Below are positions 14,702-29,070 of a stretch of DNA of 64,000 nucleotides, piece by piece. Below the pieces are notes generated by a model. That model made no database searches, was not told where the DNA came from, and worked only from the letters and a program-made list of their open reading frames with translations. Numbering within the stretch: the stretch's first letter is position 1; every line of letters starts with the position of its first letter. The translations under genes and the position numbers were made by a program. Origin of the DNA: Cycas panzhihuaensis (taxonomy: Eukaryota; Plantae; Cycadophyta); contig CM041465.1 of NCBI GenBank assembly GCA_023213395.1, forward strand, positions 1,860,001 to 1,924,000. Reading direction: 5' to 3'.

Positions 14702-16037
14702 AGTAGTATCAATAGCACTTTCTAGGGCCACTTATGTGCCAAATATTCTTTTTAGTGGGCTTTCGCAATTACCAATTGTATGCTCTCACCTCACCCACTC
14801 AGGATCTTGGTGATCAAAACATAGTAAAAGTGGCAGGTTGCTACAAGTTGCATGTAGAGATTTTAGCAAAGGTTTTTCATCTAACAATCTTAATTTCAAT
14901 TGTTCTCTTTCTTCCCGTTATCTCTATAGTTGTCAATGGTAAATAATTGTTCTTGGCACTTACCCTTTTTACTAAGCTAGAGACCCTGTACCGAGGGTCT
15001 ATAACAATCCCAATAAGTTGTTGTTCTTAACTCAACATGCTTGCGTATGAAGGACTAGGTTCTAGGCTTTAGACAACGATTGACACAGTATTGAGCTTCC
15101 ACGTACTTTGTGTATGTTGGAAGACCCTTATAGGTATTTCTAAACCAAACCTAGATAGGAAGCCTTCAACGTCTGTCATCTATAATGCACTAGTAAGTGG
15201 TTAGCCTAAGGAAATTACTCTCCACATATCCTAGAGTTGAGGTAGTATGGTTGTTGAGTAGAGCATTAGCCTTTGTAATTGATACTATTTATAATTGGGA
15301 CCAGTATATCAGAGGGCCTATAGAGTAGCTAATTCTTATACCTAGATTAGGAACCCTTTTTCTCCATCCCACTTTGGCTTTTATAGAATTATGATAGAAC
15401 AGAAATTTATACAGAATAAAGTAGATATAGTTCTATGTGGTAAGAAGTGTTTCTAGACAAAATATAATAAAGATTTTGGGCATGCTAGATTAGATCTATT
15501 TGATAGTAAGAGTTTTTTAGTAGATGGAAAATTTAGAACCAAATCTTTATATCCAAGAGGAATTTTGACCTTTAGTTGAAATCAGACTCAATAGTAGGTA
15601 AAAGTGTAAAAAAAAATCACTCTTAAGAGCCATATCTTCATTTTATATGCTTTGTTTACCTTAAAACTTTACCAGATTGTCTAAAATTTCATTATGGACT
15701 TTTCGCTTTTGAGGGCCCTTGGGCAAATTCTAAACTAATTTACCAAATTTTCCACATTAGTGATTTTCTTTCTATTTGCCATAACTCCTCAATCATTACT
15801 CGAATTACCTCCAAATTTTAACTATAGCAAGATCGCATCATTTTGGACAAAAGACCCTCTTTCATTAGAATAAGTGATTGAATTACCTTGCAAGAACTTA
15901 CACCTAACTAGAAGACACCTAAATCTATAAAAAATCCCTAATATCTCCTATTTTTGTAGCCTAATTGACCGAAGCCTCTTATTAGAAATGTTTTTATTTG
16001 TTGTTTTCTACCCTTTGGTAAATTATATTAAAAAAAA

Positions 16038-19000
16038 ATGAAAGTACCATAGCAACCGAAAGACGATCTCAGGGCTTCACGATAGAATTCACAATCGATG
16101 AAATCAGAGTTGTTTGAGAAAAAATTGGCATGATTGATACTATGAATAAGGATATTCATGACCTACGCAACATGTTGACCGAGATGGATATCAAACTGTT
16201 AGCATTCATATAGTCACAACAAATGATGCAATAAGCAAGATTGACAACTGCCCAAAGCCAACCATCAAATTTCCAAAGGGGGCCCACATAAACGATTAGT
16301 CAAACGCCAGGTATTTTTTCACATATGACCAAAATTGATTTTTCAAGGTTTGATAGTGAAGATCTAACTAGTTGGATTTACATGGCTGAATAATGCTTCC
16401 AACTAAATCAAATATTAGATATCCAAAAGGTCATGCTTGCCTCCTTCCACTTGGAACATGAGGCCATCAAATGGTATCAATGGTTTGAATGAACAACAGG
16501 AACACCTCCTTGGAATGGCTTCTGTACCAAATTGTTAGTAAGATTTGGGCCAAGTAATTATGAAGACTTTACAAGAGCATTGACAAAACTTAGACAAGTA
16601 CATTTAGTTCAAGCATATCAGATTGAGTTCAAAAAACTTACAAATTGAACTACTAGTTTGATAGAAGCTTTTTTATAAGTTGTTTCATTAGTGGCTTAAA
16701 GGAGGCCTTATAGGCAAAAGTTTGAATGTTCAATCCAAAGACCATGTTATAAGCAATAGGATTGGCAAGGCTAGCAAAATATCAAGTCATGGCACACAAG
16801 CGAAAAAATTGCTTACCATTTTAGAATCCACCATCAGTAAAACCACCAACTATAACACCTTCCAAACCATGGTAGGTTAAATGACTTACACAAAAGAGAT
16901 GCACAAACATAGAGAATAAGGACTTTGCTACAACAGTGTTGAGAAAATTGGTCACAATCACTGGTATAAAGAATGACTACATGTTTTGGATGTTGAACTC
17001 TCTGACAAACTTACATGTGAAGAATTTATCGAGGTTTAGGAGGAAGAAGCAACTCATGAAGACATGGATCCTTAGGAGGAACTAATGCCTAAAATTTCAC
17101 TGCATGCATTTGTTTGCTTTCATACCCCTCAGACTATAAAAATTAGAGATCATTTCAAAGGACAAACAATGATTGTCCTCATAGACTCAGGTAGTACACA
17201 TAACTTCATAGATACTAAGATTGCCAAGCTAATAGATTGTCTTGTATACCCATGTACTAATTTTGAAGTAATGATTACCGATGGAGGAAAAATGGATTGT
17301 AAAGGTAAATGTAATAATGTCAAAATTAGCATGGGAGATTATTCTCTAAAGATAGATATATATGGATTTTCTTTAGGGGGATGTGATGTGATGTTGGGTG
17401 CACAACAGTTACATACCTTGGGTCTAATTCTATGGGATTTTTAATAATTGTAGATGAAATTCACTATAGATGAATCCTAGTATATATTAAGGAGGCTCCA
17501 AGCAGGTCCTGCACTAGTTATTAGTTCCCATCACATGGAAAAATTGATAAGAAAAGGATCCCATGGAATGATGTTCCAACTTTGTTCCTTAACAGTAGTT
17601 GGTAATATTGAACTTGGGATACCACAAGATCTTTAATAATTATTAGCCAAACATGAACATCTATTCAACAAACCAAATGGACTTCCTTCTTGTTGACCAC
17701 AAGACCATGCCATTCAATTGCTTCCAGGAAGTTAGCCACCAAACATTAGGCCATATCAATATCATTACCTCTAAAAGACCAAGATTGAGAAATTAGTAGA
17801 TGAGATACTGCAAATAAGGGTCATCCGACCAAGCATAAGTTCTTATTCCTCTCCCATGATCTTTATGTGAAAGAAAGATAGCTTATGGAGAATGTGTATA
17901 GATTTTAGGGCACTTAACAAGTCGATAATCAAAGACAAGTTTCCCATTCTGGTTATTGAAAAGTTGCTAGATGAGTTATGGGGAACCTGTTTCTTTTCCA
18001 GGTTGGACCTTAGATCAAGGTATTACTAGATTCGTCTTTGAGAGGAAAGCATTCCAAAGACAACCTTTTGTATACGTGAAGGGCACTACAAATTCTTGGT
18101 CATGCCATTTGGCCTCATAAATGCTCTATCTACATTCCGGAGTTTTATGAACTAGATTCTCTAGTCGTATCTTCACAAGTGTTTATTGGTCTTCTTTGAT
18201 GACATTTTGGTCTATAATCACTCATAGAAGGAACACCTCCAACACTTGGATAAGACATTCCAAGTCCTCCAAGATAATCATATGCAAACCAAAGTGGAAT
18301 ATTTGGGGCACATTATGTCCATTGATGGTGTCAAGGTTGATCCAAGAAAGACAAAAGACATGGTGAATTGGCCACTTCCCAAAATATTGTGAAGCCTTAA
18401 AGGGTTCCTAAGATTCACAGGCTACTATAGGAGGTTTTTCGTGACTATGAAAAAATTGTAGTACTTCTCATAGCCCTATTAAAGAAATAAGCATTCTAAT
18501 AGACTCTAGCAACACAGGAGGCCTTCACTCTCTTTAAATAAGCCATGTGTACCACTCTAATTTTGGCCATGCTAGACTTTTCAAAACTATTTATTATTAA
18601 GAGCGATGTTTCAGGTACTGGGATTAGTGCAGTTCTCATATAGGAGGTACAAACCTGGGCCTTCATGAGTTGTGTCTTGTCTAGTAAAGATCTTGCAGAC
18701 TCTACATATGAGAAGGAAATGCTTGCCATCCTCCATGCCATAAACCATTGGTGACCTTATCTCATTGGATGCTACTTTATTATCAAAATAGATCATGTGA
18801 GCCTCAAATACCTCTTAGAGTTGTGCATCTCGATACCTGAACAACAAATGTCGGTCACCAAGTTTCTTGGATATGATTATGAAATTATCTATATGAAAGA
18901 CAAGGAGAATGTGGTGGCAAATGCTCTCTCTTGGCAATTTAAAGACTAAGTCACCCTCTAAGCCATGTCATCTTCCATCCTCGAATGGCTATAGGACATA

Positions 19001-20360
19001 AGAGTATCAGAGGGATACCTCAATTTAAAATCTTATTCAATAATCATACTTGACAACAAATCACAAATCTAGTTACACATGTGATGACTAATATCTCTTT
19101 TATAAGGGTTAAATTATCATCATCCAAAATTCTACTTCCAAATTATAGATTTTAATGGAGTTACATGCTTCACTATCAATTGGACATTTAGGGTTTATGA
19201 AGTCTTATGAAAGGTTTGCTCAAAATTTCTACTGGACAGGTATGAAGGGCAATATCCAAAAGTTTTTAGTTGAATGTGGCATTTATCAACAACAAAAGGC
19301 TAAAACAATAGTCACATTGGGGTTGCTCCAGCTATTGCCCTTGCCTACCCAACCTTTGATTGATATTTCTATGGACTTCATTGAAGGATTCACAAGTTAT
19401 GAGGAAAATCATTAATCTTAGTCATCGTGGATAGACTCTCCAAGTATACTCATTTCTTGGCATTGACTCACCCTTACAAAGCAGTAATAGTGGCACACGT
19501 GTTTATCAACCAGATCTTTCACTTGCATGGCATGCCTGCTTCCACCATTAGTGATCATGATCATACTTTTACTAGCATCATCGTATCACCCATAAACAAA
19601 TGGATAAATAGAGGTTGTTAAAAAATGCCTTGAGACATATCTTTGGTATTTTGCATCGACCCAGCCATCCCATTGGGTGCATTGGTTACCATTGGTTGAA
19701 TGGTTGTATAACACCACCTTTCACATAGCCATAAAAATGACACTATATGAGGCCATCTATGGGCAACCACCTCCTACAATATCTTCTTATATCTTAAGGA
19801 GTGTACGAGTATAAGTAATAGACTCTACCCTTAAGGATAAAGTTGATATTCTCAAAACTCTTAAAGAGAACCTCTGCACAACTCAGCACAAGATGAAACA
19901 ACAAGTTGATTAACATAGGATGAGATACGAATTCTGTATGAGTGATATGGTCTTTTTAAGACTTCAACCATATTGCTAGACCTCCTTGAAGGTGAAAGAC
20001 TCTAAAAAAATAACTTCAAGATTCTATGGACCTTACAAGGTGGAGTAACACATAGGGACTATAACTTATAAATTGACACTTCCACTTTTATAAAAAGTCC
20101 ACCTTGTGTTCCATGTATCTTGCTTAAAAAAAGTCTTAGGGAACAACATAACAACATGAATATAGTTACTGGAGTTCATAGACGATGACTCTCTACTTCT
20201 TGTTCTCGATACCATTTTAGATCAATGGACATGCCAACTTCGACATCATACCATCACGAAGGTAGTAGTTCATTGAAAAGGCTTGCAACTCGAGGATGCC
20301 ACTTGGAAACCACTTCATCAAATTTGATAGGACTAACCATAATTCAAGCTTTGAGGATAA
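16038..20360 (+). pseudogene. pol: gag-pol of E, disrupted
   Basis: ORF 17085-17444 aspartic protease; 19155-19621 integrase (HLGFMKSY..FYW, DISMDFIEG, DRLSKYTHF). Confidence 0.92.
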
Positions 20361-20382
20361 ATATTTTTGAAGGAGGGAGTCA

Positions 20383-20716
20383 TTTTAAGACCCTCATATA
20401 TTAACCCTTTATTAGTATATGATGGTAGTTGTTAGTAGTAGTAACATAATGATAACAGATATTCCATTGTAAGAGTAATGATTCTTTTGTAATCCCACAT
20501 GCACTAGTAGTAGGATAGGGGAATAGCATCTTAGTATATAAAGAATGTTTGTAATAAGGAGGGGTATCAAAGAATGTTATAAGAGAGCTATGCTCACAGG
20601 AGGTTGCCTCCTCGAAGAGGCCTATAATTATAAGTTCTTATGATTTAATAAAGTTTTTTGAGATTTTTGTACATATTTGTGTTCTTTTTAGGATTTGCAA
20701 TGGCTGAAACATACCA
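20383..20716 (+). repeat. 3' LTR of E
   Basis: Follows the PPT; ends CCA and is followed by TSD TTAAA. Confidence 0.93.
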
Positions 20717-20826
20717 TTAAATATCATAAAAATCATTTTAAAAAGTAAAATTTTATAAACTAAAGTATATTGAAATCGAAATATTCCTTGGTAAATGTTA
20801 GTAATATAACCTAATGTCTTATTTCT

Positions 20827-21294
20827 TGTTAGGAATGTTAATGTTAGTTTTATATTCATATTAGTTTTATCTTTATGTTATCTTTTATGTCACGTGTAAA
20901 TGTAAATTTAAGTGATGTAAAGGTTTAATCTTATAAAGTTTATGTTATTTGTTAATTATTATGTGAAGGTCGTTGAAATGCGCAACTACCCATTTCAACG
21001 AACCTCTCTTTCTACAAATAGCCTCTCTTAGATTCTAGAAATTGGTCCCGAGAATCTAGGAGGTTGTCATAAGCCTGTTTCAAAGGCTGGTTTACGTATG
21101 TTGAGGGTATTCCTATCAGGTTTCTTGTAAATTTTTTAAGTCAATAAAATATTAGATTAGTGAGGTGTTTTTTCTTCCCCAGAAGGGGTTTTCGACCTAT
21201 CAAAACACTGTGTATGTGTGCAATGTCTGATTTCACCTGTGTATGTTAATTTCTTTGATCTTGTGACATTGTGCATGTTACCTATATTCTCACA
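20827..21294 (+). repeat. 5' LTR of F
   Basis: TG...CA, close match to 25627-26095. Confidence 0.94.
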
Positions 21295-22244
21295 TAGTAT
21301 CAGAGCCCTGGTCCAAGAAAAGGTTATTCATGAACAATCCATTAGGTGCATTATATTTCTGTTCTAGGCATTAATAGATAGTTTGCTTGTTGTGATTATG
21401 AACTTGGGAAAATTGTTAAACCTACAATATACTACTATAGCTACATCTTCTGGGATCTTAGCATCTATGCTCAATAACAAGAGCAGTCCTGCAAAGAGGA
21501 ATCACAAAAAACTGATTTCTAAAGGCTCAAGATTTACTAGTCTCACAGATTGTTGGCATCTTCATTCCAGCTCTAGTTCCTATTCTTACTCTGTGGACTA
21601 GTTTCTTACATCTCAGGAGGTGATACATGACCAGGACCATTTGCATTTGCATCTCTATGGAAGGATAAAGAGTTATCACCAATACTTGAATTGTCTCTAC
21701 ATCTGTGTCTGTGGAAGGAGAAAGAGAGCTCATGATTTACTAGTTCATGACTCAACTATATAGATCTTAGGGCACTCTTCTCTCACAAGAGCCACCGCGG
21801 GCCACAGACGCACTGACCAATATTTAAATCCAACCGGGGAGAAAGCTCAATATTGGAGACTAATGAAGGAAGGAATACAAGAACGAAACATGCCAACCAT
21901 AGGAGGAACACGCACAAATACTCGCACTGAAACCACGATGCCGGTCATAATGCCCTTTTCAAAGTGAGGCTCCCGTGCAAAACACCCTCCATGCCACAAC
22001 ACTGTCATCCATACAACACCAGATAGAACGGGGGATTTTTCTACACCTGCGTCTCTGAGAAATATTGGGCAGGTGACGTAAGTAGTAGAAGACGAAGATT
22101 AAAGAGTTAGGAGGCAAACCTCATAGTGGTTCACCTCCTAACTCTCAAAACAATATTAAGTATTATGGTCCACCTAAATATTAGAATACTTCCAATCAGT
22201 CTTTTTCAAATCGAAATACTATTAATCCTTATCAGAGCATTAGT

Positions 22245-25200
22245 TGTGCCTACTGCCATAAAAAAGGCCACACTATTAATGTTTGCAGAAGTAGAATAAC
22301 TTTAGAAGCATGGAAAGCTCCCAAGGGATTGTAAACCCGACCACAATCCTGACTACAAAAACTGACCACAATCTCATAATAATTCTTTAACAATAATAAT
22401 TTCTGCATTTGTTACTCCAACTAATCAATCACCTCAATGGATCCTTGACTCTGGTGCATCCCATTACATGAAAGGACATTAGAAAAATTTATCCACTTAT
22501 CAATATGATATTAACTCTGAAGAAGAGATTTCTTTTGGAAGTGAAACTCAACTCAAAGTAAAAGGATCAGGTGATGTTACTTTAAAAGACGCTTCAATCA
22601 AGGACGTCTTCTACGTTCTTGGTTTGTTATCAAACCTTCTCTCTGTTTACTAAATCTGCCAGAAAGACCTTGTTGTCAAATTCTAGAAAGATAAATTTAT
22701 TATTAAAGAACCATTAAATAAATTCAAACCTATTACCTCTGGACCTGTTGATCATAGTACAGGTCTCTATAGTTTAACGAGTTTACAAAATAATAAATCA
22801 AAGCCCTTTAGTACCTTTATAGCCAAATCTGACCCAGTTGGTAAACTATGGCATGCACTATTTGACCATACTAGTTATGGCAAACTTTAATACCTGAAAA
22901 GATATAACATGGTTCATGGTATTCCACCTTTAAATACTATCTATGGTGTGTGCAAAGCCTGCATAATAGGTAAGCAACACATGGATCCTTTTCCACATCA
23001 AACTTAATTCAGAGCAAAAGTTCCACTTGAACTTGTTCACTTTGATATATGTGGACCGTTCTATATAACTTCTTATTCTGGCTGTCATTATTTTGTTATA
23101 TTTATTGATGATTTTTTGAGAAAATGTTGGGTCTACACACTCAAGATTCGTAATCAAGTGTTTGACATCTTCACTGAATTCAAAACACTTGTAGAAAATT
23201 AATCAAACTCAAAAATTAAAAATTTCAGATCTGATAATGCCAAAGAATACTTAAGTGGAAAATTCACTTCTTTTCGTAAGAAACACAGAATTCAATTTCA
23301 GCATTCTATTGCCTATACTACTCAGCAAAACGATGTTGCTGAATGCAAGAATCGTACTCTTGTTGAAATGACTCGATGCATGTTACATGCAAAGAGTCTT
23401 GACCTAAAGTTATGGGCAAAAGCAATTGTTTACTCCAACTATCTTTCAAATCGTTTACCTAGTAAATGTTTACAAAATGTTACACTAGAACAAAAGTGGT
23501 ATGGACGAAAACCCTCAGTTAATCATCTGAGAATTTTTGAAAGTATTGCGTGGGGACACATTCCCAAAGAAAAACGTAAGAAACTAGATCCTAAAAGTTA
23601 AAAATATATCTTCGTTGGATACAACGAAGAAAGCAAAGCTTACAGACTTTTGGATCGAGTCACGCATCAAATCTTAATCCTGCGTGATTTAATATTTGAT
23701 GAAGAAGGATATTCTTCAACCTCTATTTATATAGAACTTCTGATTGAGAATCTGTTAACCAACACCTATTTGGTTGACCCTTCTGAAAAATAAATTGACC
23801 CTGAGATTATAGAATCCTTATCTACACAAGTCCAGAATTGGACCCTTCTTCTTCTCAAGATTGTTCTCAACCTATGACTACAAAAATAGTTACAAACAAA
23901 TAGCCCATATGGGTAAAGAAAACACTTTCTGATGTTGGATCTGATATATGTAATCCTTTAGATACCAGAAGAACACGTGCTCAAAAATTACATGCTAACT
24001 ATGCTTTAATGGTTAAAATAATAGACAACAATGATCCTAAAACCTTTAAATAAGCTAATAACAATCCTGTATGGTAGGAAGCCGTGCAAGTTGAATTTGA
24101 TGCTTTAAACAAGAATTCAACTTAGGATCTCATACCACTTCCACCAGGAAAAAATGTAGTTGGTTGTAAATGGGTTTCTCAAACCAAATACAATTCAACA
24201 AGCGTAGTCGAAAAGTATAAATTTCGCTTAGTTGTGAAAGGATTTTCTCAAATCAATGGTATAGATTATAATGAAACCTTTGCACCTATTGCAAAGATGA
24301 AAACCATTAAAATAATTATTACTCTAGCAGTTAAATTTAGTTGAGAAATCCATCAAATGGATGTCAAGAGCGTATTTTTAAATGGTGATCTTAAAGAAGA
24401 GATCTACATGACTCAACTGCCTAGTTTTATTGACAATCCTAATTTAGTTTGTAAACTAAAAAAATTAATCTATGGATTAAAATAAGCTCTTCGAACTTGG
24501 TATACAAAAGTTGATGATTATTTAATTCAAATTGGATATAATAGATGTATTAATGATCCAAATCTCTATTTCAAATGTGGAAATGAGAATATTACCATTT
24601 TAATCTTATATGTTAATAATATCATCATCACTAGATCATCAACTAACAACATTCATTAACTAAAAATAACCTTGATGAATAAATTTGAAATAACTGATCT
24701 AGGTCTTCTACACTATTTTCTTGGATTATAAATTTACCAATATAAATAAAAAATAACTATATCTCAACTAAAATATATTTTAGACCCAATCAAATAGTTT
24801 AACATGGAAAATGCTAAACTGATTTCTAATCCTTTACAATCAGGAGTAAAATTATCTATTGATTGTTCCACTCCCTTGTGTGATCCAACTTTATATAGGC
24901 AGCTTATTGGTAGCCTTATTTATTTAACTCATACTTGACTTGATATATCTTGTACTGTTGCTTTATGTTCGCGTTATATGTAAAAACCACATGAATCATA
25001 CTAGAAAGCTGATAAACGTATTCTTCAATATCTTTAAAATACTATTTTTTATGGACTAACTTATAATTCCTGCAGTAAACCTCTAACCTTAATAGGTTAT
25101 ACTAATTCAGATTGGGCAAGCGACATAAATGACCGTAATTCTACATCAGGTTATGTATTTTTTCTAGATTCTTCACCTATCACATGGTTTAGTAAAAAAA

Positions 25201-25580
25201 TGTAGGCTTTAGCTCTATCAACAACTGAAGTTGAATATGGAGCACTCGTTGAAGAAAGCAAAGAAGCACTTTGGCTCAAATATCTTCTAAATGAAATTGG
25301 TATGTTTTCTAACTCTTTTATAGAACTTAAAGTTGATAATCAAGGTGCTATTGCTATTACTGCAAATCCAATTGCTCATTTTAGAACTAAACACATAGAA
25401 TTGCATCAACATTTTATATGTAATCTTGTTACTGATAATATTGTTCATTTGTCTTATTGTACTATAGATCTACAGGTTGCTAATATTCTTACCAAGTCTT
25501 TGACTGACGCCAAGTTTCTAAACCTATGAGATTTGTTAAAGATAAAAGAAGTCTCCATCAAAGGGGGATCAATATGATGA
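22245..25580 (+). pseudogene. pol: Knuckle plus pol of F, disrupted
   Basis: ORFs 23368-23601 (integrase) and 25302-25529 (RNase H: VDNQGAIAI..NPIAHFRTKHIE). Confidence 0.9.
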
Positions 25581-25626
25581 AGACCTTCTTTTTCTATATT
25601 GTATAAAAGCTAACATTAAAGGTGGA

Positions 25627-26095
25627 TGTTAGGAATGTGAATGTTACTTTTATATTCATATTAGTTTTATCTTTATATTATCTTTTATGTCACATGTGTA
25701 AATGTAAATTTAAGTGATGTAAAGATCTAATCTTATAAAGTTATGTTATTTGTTAATTATTATGTGAAGGTCGTTGAAATGCACAACTACCCATTTCAAC
25801 GAATCTCTCTTTCTACAAATAGCCTCTCCTAGATTCTAGGAATTAGTTCCAAGAATCTAGGAGGTTATCATAAGCCTGTTTCAAAGGCTGGTTTACGTAT
25901 ATAGAGGGTATTCCTATCAAGTTTCTTGTAAAATTTTTAAGTCAATAAAATATTAGATTAGTGAGGTAGTTTTTCTTCCCCATAATTGGTTTTCCACCTG
26001 TCAAAACATTGTGTACGTGTGCAATATCTAATTTCACCTATGTATATTAATTTCTTTGATCTTGTGACATTGTGCATGTTACCTATATTATCATA
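25627..26095 (+). repeat. 3' LTR of F
   Basis: Matches the 5' LTR; followed by TSD TTTCT. Confidence 0.94.
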
Positions 26096-27032
26096 TTTCT
26101 AATGTAAAGAATTAAAATTTTTATGAATCATATGGCAATGCATAGACCTACGGCAAAACTCTAATCAATCAAAGCAAAAAATCAATTGAATGACCAATTA
26201 GATCACTTGTTTGACTCTGGATTTGTATTCATTTAGTGTATAGGATGGATTTAAGGCAAGCACAAGGAGATTTTGTGTACCAACGAGTAAGAACAAATCA
26301 TTTATCTCTCACAAAGGGTGCACGATTGGAAGATGAACATATGAGGAACAAATGACAATTGGGACCAAAAAATGATAGATGCTCACCATAAGATGATGAT
26401 GTTAGCCATTGAGGAGCTACACAACTGTTAGAGGAGAATTGAGTCTAAGTAGGGAGGTTGCCCAATGTTGTAAAGAGTCACCTATGTTATGGAGAGAGTG
26501 AGTCACCCAACAAGTCTCAGTGAGTAAGTTGTGTGATACTAAGACACTACTCAATAGATATAAGGATGATGCCCATCACTCACTTAGGAGATTTCCCCAC
26601 TCCAAAGAGTATATTTTATTATAGGGTAGCCAACAATAGCCTAAAACAATAGACTTCTTCTCAGTATATAATTTTGAGATAGTATCAGTTCTTTTAGCTT
26701 TTAATGAGTAGATTTGAGCTCTGACTTCTTTACTTCTACAGATTTGAGAGAAGAAACCCTATAAAATAATTTTTATTTTACAAAAAAAAAAAAAAAAAAT
26801 TTATGTGATTTTTTACTGCAAACACAAACTGAGTTTAGAAAAAATTCTAGAAAATAAATATATTAATTTTTATCCCTTGAAATTACTTGTGAAATGCAAA
26901 ATAGAGTTAGTCAATATTAAACATAATCTTGGATCACCTTTGGAAAGTGAAGGTCATCACCAAAGGTTTGGAGTCTTTCCTTCAAACCTAGAAGTAATAA
27001 AAGATTCTTTTTCAACAAGATTTGATACTAAA

Positions 27033-27451
27033 TGAAGAGAACAACATTTAGTTTTCACAACAATTGATGATGAACACAGCCCTAGAATCACTTGGAGATG
27101 GAGTATGCTAGCATAATAAGATAATTAACATCAATAACAAAACTATAAATATGGGCACCTAAACAATGAAGCAAACATATGAATCAATCATAAGAAAGAA
27201 CTCAAGATATGAAGGAGTAGGAACTGTTTCTCACTCCAAATGAACAAGATTAATATAACAATATAATACTCACTCTCTTATAAAAAAAAGTGTATGAGGG
27301 GTACATTGACCCTCAAGCCATAATATCGTATTACTAAAAAGATTGTGGGTGTGCACTTTATCGTATTAGGCAATAAGACACCTTTACATAAAGTATATTA
27401 ACATTATAATGTAAAGTACATTACTTAACATTTAATTATAAAGGTTTAACA
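27033..27451 (-). repeat. 5' LTR of C
   Basis: Aligns with 4216-4260 + 9809-10312, with an internal deletion; PBS adjacent. Confidence 0.85.
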
Positions 27452-28200
27452 ATTTCATCAATTAAGAAGTTATTTTTATATTTCTATGACCACTATTAAA
27501 ACCCCTTTTCCATGAAGAACACCTAATACTAATCATGATTTGTCTCCTATAAAATACTTGTCTCTTAAGATTTTTAGTTGTTTAACTAATCCCTTACTCA
27601 TTATAACCCTAAGTTTTGTGTGTACCTTATATTGAATCAATTCCCCTATCATACATACATCTCAATGTATATTTCCTATATCCTTACTTCTGATCCATAT
27701 AAAATGTTTGTTGACCACCTCATCAAAACCTTTTTTTCTATTATTACCCAACCCTTCTCATAAGATGATTAGTATTTATAAGCAATACCTATTATGTGAT
27801 CATCATGATTATTTTTATCACCTTATCACTTATTATCCAAGATTAACCTATTTCTTTTCCATAAAACATTCTTAGAATTCTTAATCCCCTACCTCTCTCC
27901 CTCATTTAGTTGACCAAACTCATCTTTTTAAAGTCAGAAGCCTGTGGACAAAATGTGGAATCAAAAAATAGGTTTTCAATTAAATGGAATTAACATTACA
28001 CAGGTCCTAGGATCGCTTTAGAAAGGGCATAAAATTCATCCAATACTATACATAAACAATTACATGCACAGGTAAATTTTTTTTTTTTTCTAGAAGATGG
28101 TATAACAATGAACCAAATTATGACATATAGCCTTTATCAGGTGGTAGATTGAAGACCAAGTAGAAGATAATTCCAAATGATTCCTCATATGGCATTTATA

Positions 28201-28405
28201 TGTAGTGGATTTGACATCCACTTTGGAAGTAAATGAAGTTTGATAAATATTTCCTTTAGATGAATTTATTATATTAAATAAATATGTGTCAATGTTATAA
28301 AGTTTTGGGGTATATATTATACCAATGAGGCACACCATAATAAAGTCAAAATCATTAGTTATTACTTTATTAATATTAATAATTTTAGTTTCAAGGCTTA
28401 CAATA
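28201..28405 (-). repeat. 3' LTR of G
   Basis: Homologous to 38975-39176. Confidence 0.85.
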
Positions 28406-29070
28406 AGTCTCTTCCCTTTCGAAATGCTTTGTCCTCAAAGTATGGGAGGTCTTCATAAACTTCATATCACCACCTCTTGTTGTTGCTAAGATGTCCAAAA
28501 TGGTCCTTTTATCCTTATGTTAATATATAAAAATTATTATTGCATATTTTACTTGTAAAAAATGATATAGGTCAAGTATGATTTTTGGTAATGGATTCAA
28601 TGAGTCAAGAAGGTGTAACCTCATAGGTTGGAGTTTTGCATCAAAAGGCCATGGTCCCACAGTATAATAAGTTATAAACATGTAAAAGTGGGGATCCAAA
28701 TGCTCTTGTAAAGGATATAATGATGAATTCTCCTTATGGTAAATCATATTATTATTCTCATATTATATGTGATAATCTTGGTTTTGCTCAAACATGTCAA
28801 GTTTACTAGTGTTATGCTTGACCATGCCAAGATTGTGGATTTTAGAGGGAAGAATGTTGACACTGTCATTCAAAATTTTACCTTGGGCAGGAGGAGTGTT
28901 CATCTTATCACTCAAAGATTCTTCTTGCACTATAGGTAGGAAGTCATATTTCTTCTAGACATCTAGTTCTAAAGGGGGCATACTATCATTAAGTAAAGAT
29001 ATAACTGAAGTAAGGTCCTCAATATCCTCGTCAAAAGTTTGTGAAAGTGGGAAATTGGCCTAGTCATTAT

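Larger units (their letters stand above)
14367..20716 (+). mobile_element. Element E: full-length degenerate Ty3/gypsy chromovirus
   Basis: LTRs 14367-14701 and 20383-20716; perfect TSD TTAAA; PBS AGTAGTATCAATAGC; PPT GAAGGAGGGAG; protease LIDSGSTHNFI, RT VFFDDILVY, integrase, chromodomain (..LEDATWKP). Confidence 0.95.
20827..26095 (+). mobile_element. Element F: Ty1/copia
   Basis: LTRs 20827-21294 and 25627-26095; perfect TSD TTTCT; PBS TAGTATCAGAGC; knuckle CAYCHKKGHTINVC, protease WILDSGASHYM, integrase, RT ([12 protein letters not shown]), RNase H. Confidence 0.95.
4216..27451 (-). mobile_element. Element C: Ty1/copia with an internal RT/RNase H deletion and a ~2 kb leader; hosts D, E and F
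   Basis: LTRs 27033-27451 and 4216-4260 + 9809-10312 (split by D); degenerate PBS (rev-comp GATTTGATACTAAA) left of 27033; PPT GAAGAGGAGGT at 10313-10323; TSD ATTTT/ATTTC; gag-protease-integrase-RT order on the minus strand. Confidence 0.85.
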
